A DNA stretch of 63,100 nucleotides, the filler included. It is 5 parts of 5 records of this genome, joined end to end, with 100 filler letters (N's around TTAATTAATTAA, not from the genome) between each part and the next. Parts side by side here need not be neighbours in the genome. Positions count along the whole stretch, not along the records: positions 53,580 to 59,720 come from SRR20825010_3587; positions 59,821 to 63,100 come from SRR20825010_3591; 3 more parts are not named here. The stretch is one strand, 5' to 3'. The position numbers and the translations under genes are program-made. Shown in pieces: positions 58,451 through 63,100 of the stretch (position 1 is its first letter; every line of letters starts with the position of its first letter). The notes under the pieces were generated by a model. That model did no database searches, was not told where the DNA came from, and saw nothing but the letters and a program-made list of their open reading frames with translations.

Positions 58451-59029
58451 ATGGAGATTGACGAGACGAGTATCGATGGCGCGCGTGAGAGCGCCAGCGC
58501 GCTTCACGATGTGCTGCTCGATCTGGAAACGCAATCCGATCGGTTTGCGGGCGCTCTTACCACGGCGCTGAAGGATGCAACGCTTGGCGGCAAGGGATTG
58601 CAGACGGTGCTGGGCGATCTGGGGCGGCGGCTGAACGACCTGGCGCTGAACGCGGCCCTGAAGCCGCTCGAAGGCGTGATCTCGAGCCAGCTCGGCTCGC
58701 TGACCGAGGGGCTGGTGCAGGTCGTTGCCCATGCCAAGGGTGGGGTGCCCGGCAGGATCACGCCGTTTGCTGCCGGCGGTGTCGTTTCGACGCCGACCTA
58801 TTTCGGAATGAATGGCGGCCTGGGGTTGATGGGCGAGGCCGGTAGCGAGGCGATCCTGCCATTGAAGCGGGGCGCCGACGGCTCGCTTGGCGTTGCCGCC
58901 GGCAGTGGCGGCGGCGCGCGGATTGTCTTCAACGTCTCGACGCCGGACGCCGAGAGCTTCCGCAAGAGCGAAGGACAGATTTCGGCGATGCTGGCGCGGG
59001 CGGTGCGCTCCGGCCAGCGCAACATCTGA
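58451..59029 (+). CDS. Short tail tape measure protein (g11)
   Basis: FAAGGVVSTPTYF..GLMGEAGSEAILPLKRG. Confidence 0.9.
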   Translation: MEIDETSIDGARESASALHDVLLDLETQSDRFAGALTTALKDATLGGKGLQTVLGDLGRRLNDLALNAALKPLEGVISSQLGSLTEGLVQVVAHAKGGVPGRITPFAAGGVVSTPTYFGMNGGLGLMGEAGSEAILPLKRGADGSLGVAAGSGGGARIVFNVSTPDAESFRKSEGQISAMLARAVRSGQRNI

Positions 59030-59039
59030 GGAGGACGCC

Positions 59040-59669
59040 ATGAGCGCGAGCTTTCATGAGGTGCGGTTTCCGCTGCGCCTGTCACTTTCGGTGAGCGGCG
59101 GGCCGGTGCGGCGCACTGATATCGTCAATCTTTCCAACGGCCATGAGGCGCGCAACCAGCGCTGGCGTGATTCGCGGCGGGCCTATGACGCGGGCTCGGC
59201 CGTGCGTTCGGTGGCCGATCTTTACGAGCTCATGGCATTTTTCGAGGCGCGGGGCGGCCAGCTTTATGGGTTCCGGTTTCGCGATCCCGTCGATTTCAAA
59301 TCCTGCGGACCGCTTGCCGAACCATCCGCCGGTGACCAGTGGATCGCGACCGGGGACGGCGCGACGGCAAGTTTTCAGTTGATCAAGACCTATGGCGATG
59401 GGGCGGCGTCTTGGACGAGGACGATCCAGAAGCCGGTGTCCGAGAGCTTGAAGGTCTCGGTGGATGGCGTTGCGATTTCAGGGTTTTCCGTCGATGCGGC
59501 GAGCGGTGTGGTCACGCTTTCTAGTCCACCTGCGAATGGCGCGGCGATCTTCGCGGGCTACGAGTTCGATGTGCCTGTGCGCTTCGATATCGATCGCATC
59601 GATATCAACATGAAGGCATTCAATGCGGGCAGCGTGCCATCGGTGCCGCTGGTGGAGGTCAAGCCATGA
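59040..59669 (+). CDS. DUF2460 distal tail protein (g12)
   Basis: FHEVRFP; FFEARGGQLYGFRFRDP; FDVPVRFD. Confidence 0.92.
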   Translation: MSASFHEVRFPLRLSLSVSGGPVRRTDIVNLSNGHEARNQRWRDSRRAYDAGSAVRSVADLYELMAFFEARGGQLYGFRFRDPVDFKSCGPLAEPSAGDQWIATGDGATASFQLIKTYGDGAASWTRTIQKPVSESLKVSVDGVAISGFSVDAASGVVTLSSPPANGAAIFAGYEFDVPVRFDIDRIDINMKAFNAGSVPSVPLVEVKP

Positions 59670-59720
59670 GAGACATCGAAGCGGGCCTGCTGGCCCATCT
59701 TGCCGGAGATGCCACCACGG
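59666..59720 (+). CDS. DUF2163 hub protein (g13), N-terminal fragment
   Basis: MRDIEAGLLAHLAGDATT; ATGA overlap; cut by the linker. Confidence 0.7.
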
Positions 59721-59820
59721 NNNNNNNNNNNNNNNNNNNNNNNNNNNNNNNNNNNNNNNNNNNNTTAATTAATTAANNNNNNNNNNNNNNNNNNNNNNNN
59801 NNNNNNNNNNNNNNNNNNNN
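59721..59820. other. Artificial contig linker
   Basis: N44-TTAATTAATTAA-N44. Confidence 0.98.
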
Positions 59821-59878
59821 ATCGAAGCCAACCGCGCCACCGCGATCTGATCGCCAAAGCATTCTTATTTACGCGAAC

Positions 59879-59910
59879 AAAACGCCGCCCTTCATCCGGG
59901 CGGCGTTTTT
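59879..59910. terminator. Bidirectional Rho-independent terminator
   Basis: AAAACGCCGCCC-loop-GGGCGGCGTTTTT. Confidence 0.85.
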
Positions 59911-59981
59911 ACTTACCAACAGTCGTGACCCGCAAAGCATCAAAATCAACAGCAATCTCTTTGAGTTATGATGATACGCAA

Positions 59982-61721
59982 TTAGCCACCCCAACCGTCA
60001 AAATTGGCATCCTCAGATCTCGGCAACGGATCAGCTAACGGCGCTCGGATCAGGGTCGGCATTTGTATGCTACCGCCGAAAGCCATCGCCGTTCGTCTCG
60101 GCAAGCCAGATATTCGTTTGACATCTCTCCGATCAGCCCATTCGCTTGCCGATTGTATCGTCGCTAGATCTTTCTCAGAAGAAAGACGAAATGAAATCCA
60201 ATTATTGCATTGCGACAGAACAGTGGGAGAAACCTCAGATGGGCGTTGAGTGCTTAGCCATAGAGCCAACCCAAATTTGCGGCCTTCCTTAGCCAACCTT
60301 TCATACGCTAGCGAATTTGTAGAAGCCTCGTCACCGCTGCCCATGGGCCTCAGATAATGATGAGCTTCTTCCAAAACCAGCAGCGTTGGAATTTTGTTCT
60401 CTTGCCCTCTCTGAAAAAGTTCATAGGCATACATTTCCAACAGTGCCCCCAAAATGAAGGGCATCAAATCCTGCGAGACACGCTTCAGGTCAACAATGTG
60501 TACGCGCCAATTCTCTCTCGGAGCTCCAAATATTTTCGTTATCAATGCTCTGGATTCATCCGACCAACGCAAACGATTTCCTGTGGGATCTCCTCCTTGG
60601 ACATTAACAACATCGCAGAACATTTCGTCCTCAATGCATCTGTTTATGCGGGTAACCAGAGGCTGCACATTGTTGTAGTTAAATGCGTTGCGCTCAAATC
60701 CACCTCTATTGCTTGTGCCGATTGAGTAGCTATCCGCAACCAGTGCAGAAAGTGCTTTCATGTGAGGCCACTGACCAGCATCTCTCGCCTGATTGTTCCT
60801 AAGCGCATTAATCCTGATCTGTGCTTCAGCAGCTCCCTGTTGCCGACAATCATCAAACAAAACCGGTTGCGCATCATCCACCAAGCCAGCCCCACCATGC
60901 TGGGGAAACCAACGAACCTTATTAAGGTTATCCAACGCGAAATTCAGTGCAGGACGTTGTGTTTTATCACTTGGCATTAAGAGCTTGTGCAGACCATGCC
61001 GACCCAATGCGTAATATGGAATCTTAATCGAATTCGCTTCTTCCCCACCCAGTTGGGTCACCCGAATCCAATCATCTTCATACTCGTCTGAATTAAATGC
61101 GTCCGAATATTCCCCATTGATATCGAAGATTACTACACGCGCATCTTCCAATTTTACAATCTGTTGAAGTATAGCGGCAGTAAAGCAGCTTTTTCCCTGC
61201 CCAGAACTACCTAAAACAGCAACATGGCGACTGATGAAATCTTGTAAACCGATGTGCAAGGATCCTCCGCCCCTCAGGTCATCTCCAAGGTGAATTGGCT
61301 TACTATCATTGGCGACGTTTCCGAGCACTGCACTTAGTTCTTCTGGCACAAGCGGGTAGGCCTCTGCTCCGAGTGCCGGGGTACTGAGTGAATCAGAAAT
61401 AAAACTTAATGCACCAGTTTCTCTAATGAGCCTACCAACAACAACGCCCTGTAAATGTCGCAAGGGTTCGGCTACATCATACTTGTTTCCACTTGCCGCT
61501 CGATGCACTTCTCTGGGTTCCGCAAAACTTACTGACAGCACCCGCACCACGAGCAAATTGCTACCTGCTTCAATCGAAATCAGGCTTCCTACTTCCGTGA
61601 CAACTGAAATTCCATAGCCATGTGATGCTAGACTTCCCCGATGCTTGTCCAATAGATTGAGAGTAACTTCATTCCCATCCACTTGAACAACGTAACCAAT
61701 GGGCAAACGAGACTTGGGCAT
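59982..61721 (-). CDS. herA: HerA/FtsK-family ATPase of a SIR2-HerA defence system
   Basis: N-terminal HAS-barrel-like region; Walker A GSSGQGKS; LEEAHHY; KEGRKFG; STQRPSE. Confidence 0.92.
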   Translation of the reverse strand: MPKSRLPIGYVVQVDGNEVTLNLLDKHRGSLASHGYGISVVTEVGSLISIEAGSNLLVVRVLSVSFAEPREVHRAASGNKYDVAEPLRHLQGVVVGRLIRETGALSFISDSLSTPALGAEAYPLVPEELSAVLGNVANDSKPIHLGDDLRGGGSLHIGLQDFISRHVAVLGSSGQGKSCFTAAILQQIVKLEDARVVIFDINGEYSDAFNSDEYEDDWIRVTQLGGEEANSIKIPYYALGRHGLHKLLMPSDKTQRPALNFALDNLNKVRWFPQHGGAGLVDDAQPVLFDDCRQQGAAEAQIRINALRNNQARDAGQWPHMKALSALVADSYSIGTSNRGGFERNAFNYNNVQPLVTRINRCIEDEMFCDVVNVQGGDPTGNRLRWSDESRALITKIFGAPRENWRVHIVDLKRVSQDLMPFILGALLEMYAYELFQRGQENKIPTLLVLEEAHHYLRPMGSGDEASTNSLAYERLAKEGRKFGLALWLSTQRPSEVSPTVLSQCNNWISFRLSSEKDLATIQSASEWADRRDVKRISGLPRRTAMAFGGSIQMPTLIRAPLADPLPRSEDANFDGWGG

Positions 61722-62956
61722 TAAACTTGCCCCCTGTCATCTTCGATGTCCTTAATAGCTCGACGTAACCCAATCAAATTTTCATCATAAATGGTCGGCT
61801 CGGGTAGATGACTAGCGAAACTAGTGAAATATGCCTCTGGCTGCCCGCCAACAACGGTAATTCGTGGATTTTTCAGCTCAAGAAGTTTTTTGAATGAACG
61901 AGGTAAACCGTTCTGATCTAACCGTTCAAATTCTGGCAAATAGACAACAAGTTGAAGTGTCGGATTCAGCAGAGCTGACAAAAGGAGCCGATTGATATGT
62001 TCATCACCAAAGCCGTAACCGTTTATCACTAAGCTTGTTTGCGATTGAGCTAGAAACTCGGCAAACCTGCGAAACATTTCGCCCAAGACAAACCCGGTCG
62101 TTTGCATGTATTTGGCTGCACTTGGCAGCACCATAAAGCCTAGCTCCTCCTCGTCAGCATTTAAAAAACTTTCGATGCTTGACCAAGCATGTGGAGCTGC
62201 CAGTTCTATCAGAGTTCGATCAGGCAACTCTTTCCACGTTAGCGAACCATGCAATTTGGCAAGATAGATATTGTAAACTCCGAATCTGGCCTCCCCCATA
62301 GCCTGCCTGTTACGATATGCGAGATCAAAGCTCTGAGGAGAGAATTGACGGCTATGCAATCCGACAAATCCGTTAATTACAGACATATCAACAGACTCCG
62401 CTGCCCATTCCACAGCCAGATCATAGTTGGTAGTAAAAACCCAAGGGGCAGATTGTCCGGGCTGACGTGCAGAGACGAATTTCTGCAACACTGTTCGGTG
62501 ATCTGCTAGGTTCCTTTTTTCCAGTGATCCTCCACGATCACCCCACCAATCAACATCCAGTTTTGCTGCCTCTACAATTTCACGAAAAAGGTTGGAACGA
62601 ACAGAAACAGCATCACGTTGCTTGTCATCGTCGACCCGTTTCCATTCAGCGATCGAAATTGCAAGAGTATCTAGCAACGTCTCCACGTTCGGAACTTCCA
62701 GCTGCACCTCTCCGACAGCTTCAACGACTATCTCTTCTTCGGTCACAAAACCTTGCTCAAATAGCCATCGAGCATCCGCATATCTATTTCTGAGAAAATT
62801 CGTCCATAACTGAGCAACGGTATTTCCCCCTGCACCCACAGAAGCCCCAGCCCCGACAAGAAGACCAACATTCTCAAGCCTTAAAATGGAAGCTAAGTGA
62901 GCTTTGAGTTCTCGCTCATCTCTAAGCTGCTCACCACCCCGATATGCCACAAACAT
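61721..62956 (-). CDS. sir2: SIR2-family NADase of a SIR2-HerA defence system
   Basis: GAGAS; FTTNYD; KLHGSLTW; GYGFGDEHIN; TAATG coupling to herA. Confidence 0.92.
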   Translation of the reverse strand: MFVAYRGGEQLRDERELKAHLASILRLENVGLLVGAGASVGAGGNTVAQLWTNFLRNRYADARWLFEQGFVTEEEIVVEAVGEVQLEVPNVETLLDTLAISIAEWKRVDDDKQRDAVSVRSNLFREIVEAAKLDVDWWGDRGGSLEKRNLADHRTVLQKFVSARQPGQSAPWVFTTNYDLAVEWAAESVDMSVINGFVGLHSRQFSPQSFDLAYRNRQAMGEARFGVYNIYLAKLHGSLTWKELPDRTLIELAAPHAWSSIESFLNADEEELGFMVLPSAAKYMQTTGFVLGEMFRRFAEFLAQSQTSLVINGYGFGDEHINRLLLSALLNPTLQLVVYLPEFERLDQNGLPRSFKKLLELKNPRITVVGGQPEAYFTSFASHLPEPTIYDENLIGLRRAIKDIEDDRGQV

Positions 62957-63100
62957 AAATCACCCGTTGACAGTGTATCTCTACAGAAGAGCACTACCAT
63001 ATACTGTTTCCCTAATATCGACCATAAATCTAGCCCAACAGTCATAGATGCGAACACCGCTTATGCGGACCACAATCCTTAAACTATCTAAGCAGCGCCT

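Larger units (their letters stand above)
53580..59720 (+). mobile_element. RcGTA-like gene transfer agent (or related prophage) head-tail cluster, partial
   Basis: Order portal, protease, capsid, connector, closure, DUF3168, tail tube, chaperones, short tape measure, DUF2460, DUF2163 matches RcGTA g3-g13. Confidence 0.85.

Noticed and set aside
44793-59085. Long antisense or alternate-frame ORFs (e.g. 51018-52364, 54998-56593, 58229-59041)
   Set aside because: Shadow ORFs typical of high-GC DNA opposite well-supported genes.
59821-59850. 3' end of an unknown gene (IEANRATAI*)
   Set aside because: Too short to identify.
53580-63100. GTA/prophage carrying the SIR2-HerA defence system
   Set aside because: The two are separated by an artificial linker, so adjacency is meaningless.

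Overview
The window is not one locus. It is five unrelated contigs joined by artificial 100-nt linkers (N44-TTAATTAATTAA-N44 at 31669-31768, 44424-44523, 53480-53579 and 59721-59820). (1) 1-31668 is Bacteroidota-like (probably Cytophagales). It carries a partial GH140-like gene, yefM-yoeB, a TonB-dependent-type OM protein, a LruC/DUF4842 lipoprotein, several AT-rich orphan genes among REP-like and heptamer repeats, two degenerate 21-bp-period DNA arrays, a cbb3 oxidase cluster split between ccoI and ccoS by TA remnants, hicAB, a TPR-LuxR regulator and a large S8 protease. (2) 31769-44423 is Betaproteobacteria-like. It holds the start of an ops/JUMPstart-led surface-glycan operon (MarR-EPS regulator, ABC exporter, pseC, reductases) next to a TA/defence island: PIN pseudogene, DUF6795 plus a deleted lipase, AbiE, truncated YhaV, Fic, and an Abi_2/HEPN gene with a divergent candidate small RNA. 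(3) 44524-53479 is Rhodobacteraceae housekeeping DNA (tusA-like, ccdA, hydrolase plus P450, class I aldolase, WYL regulator, tatABC, DUF815). (4) 53580-59720 is an RcGTA-like head-tail cluster. (5) 59821-63100 is a SIR2-HerA anti-phage operon. The best candidates for something undescribed are the Abi_2 HEPN gene with its ~57-nt structured divergent RNA, and the 21-bp-phased palindrome array upstream of an XRE-HTH gene. No rRNA, tRNA or CRISPR array was seen. All family calls come from motif recognition by eye; no database searches were run.
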